Origin: an uncultured delta proteobacterium
GTDB taxonomy: Bacteria; Desulfobacterota; Syntrophobacteria; BM002
Direction of reading: 5' to 3'
NCBI GenBank assembly: GCA_963712115.1
Contig: CAVQGX010000064.1
Location: forward strand, 1-45,055
Length of the DNA stretch: 45,055 bases
The notes beneath the pieces are model-generated. The model saw only the letters and a program-made list of their open reading frames with translations. It was not told the DNA's origin and did no database searches. Below, piece after piece: positions 30,840 to 40,343 of this stretch. Position numbers and translations under genes: made by a program. Position 1 is the stretch's first letter. Each line of letters begins with the position of its first letter.

Positions 30840-32405
30840 CTAGACCTGTTTTTTCTTGCTCCTCCCTATCATTGCATATCCAAATCCCAACACCGTGACA
30901 ACAAGGCAGGTCCAGGCGAACCAGTCGCCATACTGGGTGTAAAGGGTCTTTCCTTCTCCCAGCTGGATACTGCCAAGCATGGTCGCATCCTCAAACAGGC
31001 TGGTAACCTGAAGTATACGACCTCGAGAATCGATAAAACCACTGATGCCGGTATTGGCGCAACGAGCCATGGCTACACGATTTTCTACTGAGCGAAGCAC
31101 CGCCATAGAGAGGTGCTGATATGGAGCGCTGCTTCGGCCGAACCAGGCATCGTTAGTTATGTTGACCAAAAAATTGGCGCCAGCATTAACCAGATCACGA
31201 CTGAGTTCAGGGAAGATAGCCTCGTAACAAATTAGCACCCCTACTTTTGCCGGCAACATGTCGAGAACTACGGCTTTCTCGCCCGAAGCAAAGTCTCCGG
31301 CAGCTTGGACTAGTTTGTCTACGAAAAATAGTAGCCTTTTCCAGGGTACATACTCTCCGAAAGGAACCAGATGCATTTTGTCGTAATAGCCAATAAGCAT
31401 GCCAGAACCATCAAGCAGATAAGCACGATTATAGAACTTCAACAACTCACCCTTTCGACGATAAGCGGGACTGCCGAAGAGCAAAGGCACTTGCATTTCT
31501 CTGACCTGCCGAAATAGGGTCTCGGTATTTTTTCGATCAGCCAAAAAGTAGAAGGGTGTGGCCGTCTCAGGCCATATCACCAATTGGGGCTGATTTTTTG
31601 CTACCTCTTTGGTTAAGCGCCCATATTTTTCCAAGGTGGTTTGCTGGAAGGCGGGGTCCCATTTTGTATCTTGAGCGATGTTGCCCTGTACAAGGGCGAC
31701 TTTAAATGTTGGACCATGGTGGCCTTCCAGCTTGGCTAGTCTCCAACTGCCGTAACCGACTACTATGGAAAGCAAAGATACCAGGATGAGCAAAGGATAA
31801 AGCCTAGTCAAAGCTTTTCTCTGGCGGTTCGTAGGGAAGATCAGGGTAAAGAGTAGGACGTTGGAGAGAGCCAAAACAAAGGATATGCCAAACACACCGG
31901 TAATGTCAGCCATTTGAATTACTGGAAGCCAACTATACTGGCTATAGCCCAGGTTCTCCCAGGGAAATCCAGTTAGTAGGCGACTCTTACCTAGCTCCAG
32001 GGTAACCCAGAGAAAAGGGGCAGCCGAGAGCCAAGGCAGACCACGATTCCGCAGCCAGCTCAACCCGGCGCAGAAGAGACCTGGAAATATGGCCAGGTAG
32101 GCGACCAAGAGAAAACAAACCCCCAGGCTTACTGGAAGGGGGAGATTGCCGTACCGATTGACCACATAGGTTATCCAGTAGAGAAGGCTCAGACCATGAA
32201 ATAACCCGGCAAGCCAGCCAAGAGTAAAGCAAGCAGGAGGCTGGTTACGTGCCGCAAGGTATAACAAGGGAATAAGAGCTCCCCAGGCAAAAAAAGCTAG
32301 ACCAATGCGGGGGAAACACACGGTCAGGAGTAGGCCTGAACAGACTGCAACGAAATAGTCTTTCCGACTAATATGAAAGAACAAATGTATTTCTATTTTA
32401 TGCAT
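30840..32405 (-). CDS. lnt: Apolipoprotein N-acyltransferase
   Basis: GFPW, VQGNI, WPETA, YDKMHLVPFGEY, ICYEAIF, TNDAWF. Confidence 0.96.
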   Translation of the reverse strand: MHKIEIHLFFHISRKDYFVAVCSGLLLTVCFPRIGLAFFAWGALIPLLYLAARNQPPACFTLGWLAGLFHGLSLLYWITYVVNRYGNLPLPVSLGVCFLLVAYLAIFPGLFCAGLSWLRNRGLPWLSAAPFLWVTLELGKSRLLTGFPWENLGYSQYSWLPVIQMADITGVFGISFVLALSNVLLFTLIFPTNRQRKALTRLYPLLILVSLLSIVVGYGSWRLAKLEGHHGPTFKVALVQGNIAQDTKWDPAFQQTTLEKYGRLTKEVAKNQPQLVIWPETATPFYFLADRKNTETLFRQVREMQVPLLFGSPAYRRKGELLKFYNRAYLLDGSGMLIGYYDKMHLVPFGEYVPWKRLLFFVDKLVQAAGDFASGEKAVVLDMLPAKVGVLICYEAIFPELSRDLVNAGANFLVNITNDAWFGRSSAPYQHLSMAVLRSVENRVAMARCANTGISGFIDSRGRILQVTSLFEDATMLGSIQLGEGKTLYTQYGDWFAWTCLVVTVLGFGYAMIGRSKKKQV

Positions 32406-32439
32406 TAGGATTTCAGCATGTTATGTTCACATACGGGTC

Positions 32440-32643
32440 TAGCCCGGATATTTCATGAATTGCTGTCGCGAGATCGCGAAGATGGGCGTGCCAAAGGCAA
32501 CCGTCCCGCGGTACCGCGGGATTGGTTCCGAACCGTACCTGAACGGTACGTCGCAGGGGCCGACACCCGAGGACGCCAGGAAGGACGGCCATATCCGTGG
32601 TCACAGCCACGCCAAGGCGCGAATTCATGAAATATCCGGGCTA
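32440..32643. mobile_element. MITE-like element, 204 bp, with perfect 22-bp terminal inverted repeats
   Basis: TAGCCCGGATATTTCATGAATT (32440-32461) and AATTCATGAAATATCCGGGCTA (32622-32643); no credible ORF. Confidence 0.8.
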
Positions 32644-32696
32644 AAAACGGAAGGCATTCTAACATGAAAGCTCCCGCATGTGCACCAGCATTTGGC

Positions 32697-32782
32697 ACGT
32701 CGCAGGAGCCGACACCCGAGGACGCCCGGAAGGACGGCCATATCCAGGGTCGCAGCAAACGATTCATGAAAAATCCGGGTTA
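32697..32782. repeat. Partial second copy (right end) of the MITE
   Basis: 32697-32756 matches 32548-32607 at 55/60; ends in TIR variant ATTCATGAAAAATCCGGGTTA. Confidence 0.8.
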
Positions 32783-32853
32783 GGGAAGGAAGGAGGGGTG
32801 GGAGGCTGACCACAGAAATGGTTGTTTTTGACTGGGGCCAATGAACCGTCTAC

Positions 32854-33189
32854 TCACTGAGCCTTGGCTATTACCTCGCGAATGTATTGGCGGTCGTCTT
32901 CAGAAATATCCACAAACCGGACACCAATCCCTGGCAGCTCATCAGCGTCATCTGGGTTATAAATGTTTGACCTGGCCACCCTGGCAGTAGCCCTTAGGAA
33001 CTGTCGAGAGTCGGGTACCGTGATTACCATTCGAAAAGGTTCATGTGAGTCGGGTTCTTCTTGGCAATGGACAAATGCCCCCCCGAGGCTAATATTGGTG
33101 ACCTCCCCTTGAATTGGTCCCTGGGCAGTGAGCATCGTCACCGGCCAGCTCACCTCAACTCTAGGAAACTGGCGCTTTTCTCTTCCCAA
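32854..33189 (-). CDS. Stand-alone PilZ-domain protein
   Basis: RxxxR (RQFPR) and NxSxxG (NISLGG), GIGVRF. Confidence 0.88.
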   Translation of the reverse strand: MGREKRQFPRVEVSWPVTMLTAQGPIQGEVTNISLGGAFVHCQEEPDSHEPFRMVITVPDSRQFLRATARVARSNIYNPDDADELPGIGVRFVDISEDDRQYIREVIAKAQ

Positions 33190-33245
33190 AGATAACTCCT
33201 CACGAGTAGCTACCGGTGTAACCTTGGTCCTTCCATCTACAGAGG

Positions 33246-34115
33246 TTAGATGTCGGCAGGGGTGATATCAGGGTTTGCCTCTTCTTTCCGCACTCTTACT
33301 CTAACCTTGCGAATTTTTCTCGCATCTGCCGATTCGATTGTCATTTCCAAAGGGGCGTGGGTTATAGTTTCCTGAGGTTGAGGAACTCTACCCAAAAGAC
33401 TTATGATGAATCCACCCACCGACTCAAAGTTTCCCTTGGGGACTTCGAGGTTAAAATGTTCCACCAATTTTTCGATCTCAAGTCGGGCGTCTACTACAAG
33501 GTCACCTTCGTCGGTGGCAACCATTAAGATTTCGTCATTGTCGTGCTCGTCATGAATCTCACCGATAATCTCCTCAATTATGTCTTCAATGGTTACTAAT
33601 CCAGCAGTGCCGCCATATTCGTCAATGACAATTGCCATGTGCGACTTCTTGTCTCGTAGTTCTCGGAGGAGATGACTAATCTTTTTTGTTTCAGGGATAA
33701 AATAAGGGGTGCGTATGATGTCCTTAAGATCTAAATGCTCGGCACTCCAAAAAGTGAGCAAATCTTTAACATGTAAGATGCCAATAATATTGTCACTACT
33801 GCCACTATGAACAGGAAAGCGAGAATGGCCTTCTTGGATGACTAACTGGAGAAGCTTTTCAATCGGAGTATCGGCACTAATGAATACTGCATCGGTGCGG
33901 GGCACCATTATTTCTCTGGCCAGCGTGTCGCGAAAAGAGAGGATACTCTGGATCATCTCTCCTTCGTCTTCACTGAGCAGCCCTTCCTCCTCGCCGACGT
34001 CAATAAGCTGTTTAATTTCTCTTTGCAGATCGGGTTGTGAAGGTTTCTTCCGGGGCCTAAATCTAAGGAGGGAGGCAATCCTTCGCCAAATACCTGTGTC
34101 AGATCCTTCTTCCAA
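33246..34115 (-). CDS. corC: CorC/HlyC family CBS-domain protein
   Basis: REIMVPR, HSRFPV, VIDEYGGTAGLVTIEDIIEEIIGEI, CorC_HlyC tail; synteny with lnt. Confidence 0.9.
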   Translation of the reverse strand: MEEGSDTGIWRRIASLLRFRPRKKPSQPDLQREIKQLIDVGEEEGLLSEDEGEMIQSILSFRDTLAREIMVPRTDAVFISADTPIEKLLQLVIQEGHSRFPVHSGSSDNIIGILHVKDLLTFWSAEHLDLKDIIRTPYFIPETKKISHLLRELRDKKSHMAIVIDEYGGTAGLVTIEDIIEEIIGEIHDEHDNDEILMVATDEGDLVVDARLEIEKLVEHFNLEVPKGNFESVGGFIISLLGRVPQPQETITHAPLEMTIESADARKIRKVRVRVRKEEANPDITPADI

Positions 34116-34202
34116 GAGACTCAGAATCTCCTTCTGCGCAAGGGAATGTACTCTGGCCTAGAACTGAAAGGCGATTTGGCCCTTATGCGTTTGAATGTTT
34201 TA

Positions 34203-34232
34203 ATCTTAACAGCCTCTTTTTCTTTTTGTCAA
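34203..34232 (-). promoter_or_regulatory. Putative sigma70 promoter for corC
   Basis: TTGACA, 18 bp, TGtTAAGAT on the - strand. Confidence 0.5.
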
Positions 34233-34240
34233 ATACAATG

Positions 34241-35164
34241 TCAGGATGGTGACAGCTCACTTTCGAAGCGATAGGCTATCAGTTTATAGGCTAGTTTGGC
34301 AGCAAAGAAATCTGGGGCAATATTGCCAGGCTGAGGGCAAAGCTCCATAATGTCCGCTCCCACAACCTTTCTGGCTTGGCAGACTGAACGGAGTAACTTC
34401 AGCACCTCATACCAATGAAGTCCCCCGGGTTCTGGGGTGCCCACTGCTGGCATGACTCCAGGATCGAAGACATCCAAGTCAATGGTTATGTAAACGTGGG
34501 GACGCAGTTGCGCCACAACTTTCTCTTGCCAGTCCCACCGGTTGTAGATATCTGTCGCATAGAAGACTTGCAGACTTTGCTGTTCAGTCCAGCGATGTTC
34601 TTCAGCACTTAATGACCGTATACCAACTGGCACCAGCGCCCCATGGCGACTGGCAAGCCGCATGACACAAGCATTACTGTGTCCTGTACCCTGGTAGGTC
34701 TCTCGAAGGTCGGTGTGCGCGTCAAGTTGCAGTATGGAAAGGTTTTCCGTGCGGCTGGCCACAGCCTGGATCATACCTAGTGATAGCAAATGTTCTCCGC
34801 CGAGCATGAGAGGAAAAAATCCAGCGTCGAGTATTTTTTCGCCAAGTGATCTGACCTTAGCCACCATGGCTTGTGGACTGCTAACGTCCACCTCCATTTC
34901 TTCGAGAGTGGCAATGCCTACCCGAAAGACTTCTTGACCCATTTCATCATCGAAAAGTTCGAGGTGCTGGGAGGCTTGGAGGATAGCACTTGGTCCCTGA
35001 CGTGTACCGGGCGTGTAGGTGGTGGTGCCATCGTAGGGTACGGGAAGAATCAGAACTTTTGCTTTCTCGAGATCTACTGTAGCACCATCCCGTCCACCGA
35101 AAGAGGCCGACGCTGCAGCAAGGGCTGGAAAAAATTCCCCTTCATATTGCTGATCTGAGCTCAT
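34241..35164 (-). CDS. speB: Agmatinase
   Basis: GGEH, DAHTD, IDLDVFDP, GTPEPGG ureohydrolase motifs. Confidence 0.92.
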   Translation of the reverse strand: MSSDQQYEGEFFPALAAASASFGGRDGATVDLEKAKVLILPVPYDGTTTYTPGTRQGPSAILQASQHLELFDDEMGQEVFRVGIATLEEMEVDVSSPQAMVAKVRSLGEKILDAGFFPLMLGGEHLLSLGMIQAVASRTENLSILQLDAHTDLRETYQGTGHSNACVMRLASRHGALVPVGIRSLSAEEHRWTEQQSLQVFYATDIYNRWDWQEKVVAQLRPHVYITIDLDVFDPGVMPAVGTPEPGGLHWYEVLKLLRSVCQARKVVGADIMELCPQPGNIAPDFFAAKLAYKLIAYRFESELSPS

Positions 35165-35182
35165 AGATCCCTGCCGCCAGCA

Positions 35183-35698
35183 TCAATGGTCCAACCGCTG
35201 ACGCTCTGCTTGCACGATGTGGGCAGAACTTCTTACATCCTTGGGGAATTCCAAACCCCTGTCCAGGAGCTTGATTTCACTCTTCTGCGTGGCAAACAGA
35301 TTACTGACGTAAGAGATGGCTTGTTCGGAGTCGAAATTTTTGCAGGAAAATATGTCTAGACTAAAGTAGTTTTTTTCAGGGAAGGTGTGAATGCTGATAT
35401 GACTCTCGGCAATAAGCACAAAACCTGAAATGCCCCAATCCTGTGGATTCTCAGCATCATATCGGAAAACATAGGGAGGCATGATTTTGGTCATTTTAAT
35501 TTGGGCAGGATACTCACTCAAAAAATTGTAAATGAGAGAGATGTCCTCAAGGCGCTGGCGATCACATCCATATCCATCCAAGATCAGATGCATGCCAAAA
35601 CCGTATTCAGGCTTTTTCAATTTTGCCACCTCCTTGCTCAGTTGAGCTAATTGCTGCCCTGGGCCTTCCTCCCAGCTTTTTAGGTAGATCTGGCTCAT
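35183..35698 (-). CDS. speD: SpeD/SpeH-family pyruvoyl-dependent decarboxylase proenzyme
   Basis: GMHLILD, LIAESHISIHTFPE (E/S self-cleavage site), DIFSCK; ATG overlaps the upstream stop (TGATG). Confidence 0.85.
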   Translation of the reverse strand: MSQIYLKSWEEGPGQQLAQLSKEVAKLKKPEYGFGMHLILDGYGCDRQRLEDISLIYNFLSEYPAQIKMTKIMPPYVFRYDAENPQDWGISGFVLIAESHISIHTFPEKNYFSLDIFSCKNFDSEQAISYVSNLFATQKSEIKLLDRGLEFPKDVRSSAHIVQAERQRLDH

Positions 35699-36249
35699 CA
35701 GAAAACGGGAGGAGAAACGATCCACAGAAGTCTTGCTGTAGATTTGCCGGTGTTATGTAGTTGGTGCTCCCTATCCGAGGCAAAATAGAAAGAGTCTCCT
35801 TTTCGCATCCTATAGGCTTCTTTATCAACCCAAAGAGTGACCCTGCCCTGGAGGAGAAAGCCGAACTCCTCACCTTCATGGCCCAGGTGAGTTTCGGTGG
35901 ATGTCCCTGGCTCCAAACTCACTAGCACCGGATCCATCAGCCTGCTCTGGGCGCTAGGCACGAGTAGTTCCACCATCATTTGCTCGGTTGAGGTGGAACT
36001 CAAGACTCTCGCCTTTTTGTCGAATAGAATCTTTTCATGTTTAACGTCTAGGAAAAAGTCAGCTAATTCTTCGCCAAGCACGTCCAGTATACCCTTTAAA
36101 GTAATAATGGAGGGTGAAGTCAAATCCCGCTCCAGCTGGCTGATAAATCCTTTAGTCAAGTAGACGCGATTTGCCAGCTCCTCCTGGGTTAGATTGTTCG
36201 CTTTGCGAAGCCTTCTTATCTTTTCTCCTATATTCAAAACCGTTTCCAT
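35698..36249 (-). CDS. XRE-HTH + cupin transcriptional regulator (PotR/PuuR-like)
   Basis: IGEKIRRLRKANNLTQEELA...TKGFISQLERDLTSPS; cupin HEGEEFGFLLQG. Confidence 0.88.
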   Translation of the reverse strand: METVLNIGEKIRRLRKANNLTQEELANRVYLTKGFISQLERDLTSPSIITLKGILDVLGEELADFFLDVKHEKILFDKKARVLSSTSTEQMMVELLVPSAQSRLMDPVLVSLEPGTSTETHLGHEGEEFGFLLQGRVTLWVDKEAYRMRKGDSFYFASDREHQLHNTGKSTARLLWIVSPPVF

Positions 36250-36250
36250 A

Positions 36251-36319
36251 GTTTACAGACACTAAACTTAAAGTTTAATAAAGAGTACCCTTTATAATGA
36301 TTCGATATTTTTTTGTCAA
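36251..36319 (-). promoter_or_regulatory. Sigma70 promoter and candidate autoregulatory operator
   Basis: TTGACA (36319-36314), 17 bp, TATAAA (36296-36291); inverted repeat GTTTA-N7-TAAAC at 36251-36267 next to the start codon. Confidence 0.6.
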
Positions 36320-36407
36320 GAACTTTTTGCTTCATTCTAGCTCAAAAATTTAGGGACAATTTGGCCCATTGCCAGTTGAAGCAAATTTCAGCCCCAAACC
36401 TTCATTC

Positions 36408-36543
36408 AGAGCGCATAGAGCATAGCGAAAAAAAGAGTAAACGGTAAATGGTAAGCGGTGAACAGTGATGTAGCCAGCGCATGATCGGTTTACCGTTCAC
36501 CGTTCACTGTTTACCAAACGCTTTGCGCTATTAGCGCTATGCG
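36408..36543. repeat. Nested inverted 7-mer repeat cassette
   Basis: Outer (GCATAGA/GCATAGC)...(GCTATGC) arms; inner (GGTAAAC/GGTGAAC)n...(GTTTACC/GTTCACC)n arms. Confidence 0.75.
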
Positions 36544-36552
36544 TCATGCAGG

Positions 36553-37512
36553 TTAGCCTTGCTGGTAAGTAGTTTCGTCTAATGGTGGGTTTTTAGGGTC
36601 GGAATTTTCCTCTGCCGGGCGAATCTGGTCGCCCCCGTTGTTTTTGGCCACATACAGGTACTGATCTGCCGTGCGCAGCAGGTTCTCGAGGTCTTGTTCT
36701 AAAGACTTCAGTCTGCCATCCAACTGGGCCATTCCCATGCTAAGAGAGGCGGGGCCGAGATTACTCGAGTTAAACTTGCTTCTCAGCCTTCTAGCCACCA
36801 TCATTGCTTGCTCGTGTCCGGCATGGGGAATAATCACAGCGAACTCGTCGCCTCCGTATCTATAGACCGAATCGACGTTGTCCCGACTGTATAGCATCAT
36901 TAACCTGGCTAATTCCTTGAGTAGATCGTCCCCCTTTTGGTGGCCGAACTGGTCATTGTAGTCTTTGAAATTATCAACATCGACCAGAAGGAGAAAGAGG
37001 CCATAGTGCTGTCTGAAAGCTCGGATTGCTTCCCTTTTCAAATTTTCATCGAAGTAACGACGGTTAAAAAGCCCAGTGAGGCCATCACGGATAGATAGTC
37101 TTTTGAGTTCCGCCCGCAGTTCACGCTCGCGGATGATTCGGTTGATCTTTGCCTCGAGCTCATTGATGTTAAATGGCTTGGAGATGAAGTCACTAGCGCC
37201 AATTTCGATGACGTCGGTGTACTTGTATTCGTCCTGGTATCCAGTGACAACGACTACATCCACGTCCTCTAGATCTGTCTTGATTCTCTTCGTCAAGTCG
37301 ATTCCGTTCATTCTCGGCATACTGATATCGGTTATGACTATATCGAACTGATTTTCTCCGAGCTTTTCCAGAGCATCTATACCATCCACCGCGGTGACAC
37401 TGGTATGCCCCAGCTGGCTGACTACTTCGTGAAGTAAACCAATCATCTCCGTATCGTCGTCCACAGAAAGAATGGTGTATGGAGTTTTACTTTTCTTATT
37501 CACCCTGGTCAC
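36553..37512 (-). CDS. Response-regulator diguanylate cyclase (REC-GGDEF)
   Basis: REC motifs VDDD, ITDISMP, KP; DGLTGLFNRR, DVDNFKDYND, YGGDEF. Confidence 0.93.
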   Translation of the reverse strand: MTRVNKKSKTPYTILSVDDDTEMIGLLHEVVSQLGHTSVTAVDGIDALEKLGENQFDIVITDISMPRMNGIDLTKRIKTDLEDVDVVVVTGYQDEYKYTDVIEIGASDFISKPFNINELEAKINRIIRERELRAELKRLSIRDGLTGLFNRRYFDENLKREAIRAFRQHYGLFLLLVDVDNFKDYNDQFGHQKGDDLLKELARLMMLYSRDNVDSVYRYGGDEFAVIIPHAGHEQAMMVARRLRSKFNSSNLGPASLSMGMAQLDGRLKSLEQDLENLLRTADQYLYVAKNNGGDQIRPAEENSDPKNPPLDETTYQQG

Positions 37513-37860
37513 GCTGCAAAAATAAGTTTTGAAAACGGCAATCCTCAGAAAAGACGAAATCTACGTATAGTCCAGAATTAATGATTTTACAACTTTTTTT
37601 CGCACGGAATACCAGTTTCATTCCCAGCCCGGAATTGAAGCAATCGTCGTGCTGCAGCCTCGCCACGCCCTTTCTTAAAATATCCTGGTTTAGCGAGTAG
37701 CAGTTGACCGGCGCCTTACTATTTTGTTAAAGGATTAAGTACAGCTGCCATTGAATTCACAGGCACTAGATTTCAGTGGTTGCTTGCTTGATTGGCCAGA
37801 GGTAAAGACTTCTCTTCTGTTGAACTGGGGAGTAGGGGATGGAGATGGAGAAGGGAGCTA

Positions 37861-38718
37861 ATGGCGAAAGTAACAATAATATACAAAAAAGATGAGGCTT
37901 TGGCGGCACAGCTAGGGTTGGAGATAGGTCAGTGGTTCGAAAAACGAGCTACGCAGGTGTTTCTGTTGGAAAACATTGCCCCCCATGCCCAAAAGAACAG
38001 CCTTCACGATTTTGCCCGGAAAATACCATCGGACAGTCTGGCTATTGTGGTCCTCGGGGGCGACGGCACATTGCTCAGCGTTGCTAGGCTTCTTACAGAT
38101 CGAAACATACCGGTTCTAGGTGTAAACATCGGAGGAATGGGTTTTCTAACTGAAGTGAGCGTAGAGGAGTGTTACCGTTTTTTTGAAGACATTCTAGCGC
38201 AGAGGTTTGAAGTGGAAAAGCGTATGCGTCTCTACGCCAACTTCCAGAGAAAGGGTGCGAGTGTTTTGGACAGTACTGTTCTCAATGACGTGGTGATCAA
38301 CAAGGCCGCTCTTGCCAGGATCGTTGATTTAGAGGTCACCATTGATGGCCTGCCCTTGACAACCTACCGGGCTGACGGACTTATCGTCGCCACTGCCACG
38401 GGGTCGACGGCATACAATCTCTCCGCCGGAGGGCCCATAGTGTATCCCACGGCAGAAAGTATCATCTTGACACCCATCTGTGAATTCTCCTTGAATAATC
38501 GTTCCATCGTGTTGCCAGGCGACGCCCATGTTGAAATCAAAGTTGGTGCCAAGGCAAACGATGTTACCCTGACCTGTGACGGACAAGTGGGATGCGAGTT
38601 GCAGGCAGGCGATATAGTCTACGTTGAACAGGCTGATCGACCCCTCTTTTTGATAAAGTCTCGCCAGGAAGACTACTTCACCATTCTCCGAAACAAACTG
38701 CAATGGGGACAGAGGTAG
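37861..38718 (+). CDS. nadK: NAD kinase
   Basis: LGGDGT, GFL, LND, TGSTAYNLSAGGP, DGQ; ATG at 37861 after GGGAG. Confidence 0.95.
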   Translation: MAKVTIIYKKDEALAAQLGLEIGQWFEKRATQVFLLENIAPHAQKNSLHDFARKIPSDSLAIVVLGGDGTLLSVARLLTDRNIPVLGVNIGGMGFLTEVSVEECYRFFEDILAQRFEVEKRMRLYANFQRKGASVLDSTVLNDVVINKAALARIVDLEVTIDGLPLTTYRADGLIVATATGSTAYNLSAGGPIVYPTAESIILTPICEFSLNNRSIVLPGDAHVEIKVGAKANDVTLTCDGQVGCELQAGDIVYVEQADRPLFLIKSRQEDYFTILRNKLQWGQR

Positions 38719-38895
38719 ATTGGAGATTGGAGATTTCGGATTGGGGATTTCGGATTGTAGGTTGCAGATTGTTGAATCCTGTGATTTATTCCCTTCGATT
38801 TGCGTTTTTGGTAAGAAATAGATTGTTGTTTCGAAGTCCAAAATTACAGGTTGCAACTTGAGTCAATCTGAAATCTGCAGTCAAAAATCAGCAAT
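38716..38895. repeat. Inverted 7-mer tandem repeat pair
   Basis: About eight GATT(G/T)nn units at 38716-38772 ... AATCTGAAATCTGCAGTCAAAAATCAGCAAT. Confidence 0.75.
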
Positions 38896-38993
38896 GGTTT
38901 CGGCTCCAATACTCCATTACGCTATGTGTGAGGCTGTGCTCTAGGCTGTATGATTTGTTTCGGATGGCCTGTCGTCGAAGGAGAAAGTGAAAT

Positions 38994-40343
38994 ATGCCCG
39001 AAATTGCCCCGCTGAAGGGTCTCTTATACAATCAACAGTTAATTGACAATATGGACGAGGTGATTACCCCACCTTTTGATGTAATCTCTCCTCAAGAGCA
39101 GGAAATGTACCATGAGCGTCACCCTTACAACATGATTAGGTTAATATTGGGCCGGCGACAACCGAACGACAATGAGCACAACAACTGGTATAACCGGGCG
39201 GCTGAAGCGCTCAGGGCCTGGCAACAAGAGGGGGTGTTGATCCGAGATTCCAAGCCAGCCTTTTATGACTATGAGATTGACTATCAAGAGTCTCCCCATC
39301 AGTTGAGGATGAGGCAGGGGGTCATCTGTCTTGTCAGGCTGCAAGATTTTTCCCATGGGTCGGTGTTACCTCACGAACGCACTTATGAAGGAACCAAGTC
39401 TGAACGATTGCAACTAATGAGAGCCTGTAATGCCAACCTTAGCCAGGTGTTTGCTCTCTATCCCGACCCGGCCCAGGAGGTAAGCCAGTGTCTGCGCCAG
39501 GGACGTAAAGATAGACCGGTATTTGATTTCACCGATAGTAAGGGTATTCACCATCGTATGTGGCGTGTTTCCCAAACAGAGGTTATTCACGGGGTTGTAG
39601 AGTCCATGAGAGACAAGGTGACTTTCATTGCCGACGGACATCATCGGTATGAAACAGCTCTCAACTATCAGAGGCTTATGCAGCAGAAATATCCAGCTAG
39701 AGGAGGACGGGCTTCATTCAACTATGTACTAATGTATTTGGCAAATATGCACCAAGAGGGATTGTCCATTCTCCCCACCCACCGGCTGTTTGTTCACCTG
39801 CCAAAGTTTGAGATGGAGACTTTTCTGGCGCGGGCAGCTGCTTACTTTGAAGTGGTATCTTTTCCCTTTAATCCGCCTAGCCGGAGTAAAGTGCAGGGGG
39901 AATTTCTCAAATCCTTGCATACGGTTAAAGATCACCAGGTCATAGGTCTTTATGTGTCCAAGTCCGAAGAATTTGTCCTCTTGCAGTTGCGGCAAGATGT
40001 AAATCACGGAACTTGGCAAGCACAGTTGCCAGTCCCCTTGCAGAAGCTCGATGTAGTCTTACTCACCGAGTTGGTCCTGAAGCGACTTCTCAATGTTGAT
40101 GAGACCTTGCTAAACGATGAAACCAGGATCAAGTATCGACACGATGCCATGGATGCAATAGAAGAGGTAAGCAGCAACCGTTTCCAGGTGGCTTTTCTAC
40201 TGAATCACACCAAGATAGAACAACTCCAAAAAGTCGCTACCTCTGGATTGTTCATGCCCCACAAGTCTACTTATTTCTATCCAAAGGTTATTGACGGTTC
40301 AGTGCTAAACCTTTTGGACCCTCATGAAGATGTGCCAATCTGA
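38994..40343 (+). CDS. DUF1015 family protein
   Basis: PPFDVI, LPHERT, IADGHHRYETA, MPHKSTYFYPK. Confidence 0.88.
   Translation: MPEIAPLKGLLYNQQLIDNMDEVITPPFDVISPQEQEMYHERHPYNMIRLILGRRQPNDNEHNNWYNRAAEALRAWQQEGVLIRDSKPAFYDYEIDYQESPHQLRMRQGVICLVRLQDFSHGSVLPHERTYEGTKSERLQLMRACNANLSQVFALYPDPAQEVSQCLRQGRKDRPVFDFTDSKGIHHRMWRVSQTEVIHGVVESMRDKVTFIADGHHRYETALNYQRLMQQKYPARGGRASFNYVLMYLANMHQEGLSILPTHRLFVHLPKFEMETFLARAAAYFEVVSFPFNPPSRSKVQGEFLKSLHTVKDHQVIGLYVSKSEEFVLLQLRQDVNHGTWQAQLPVPLQKLDVVLLTELVLKRLLNVDETLLNDETRIKYRHDAMDAIEEVSSNRFQVAFLLNHTKIEQLQKVATSGLFMPHKSTYFYPKVIDGSVLNLLDPHEDVPI

Noticed and set aside
32440-32782. Possible CRISPR array
   Set aside because: Repeats are inverted or a single partial duplication, with no regular repeat-spacer period and no cas genes.
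38716-38895. Heptamer arrays as CRISPR or coding repeats (ORF 38329-38856)
   Set aside because: Units are 7 bp with no spacers; the ORF is antisense to nadK and merely reads through the repeat.
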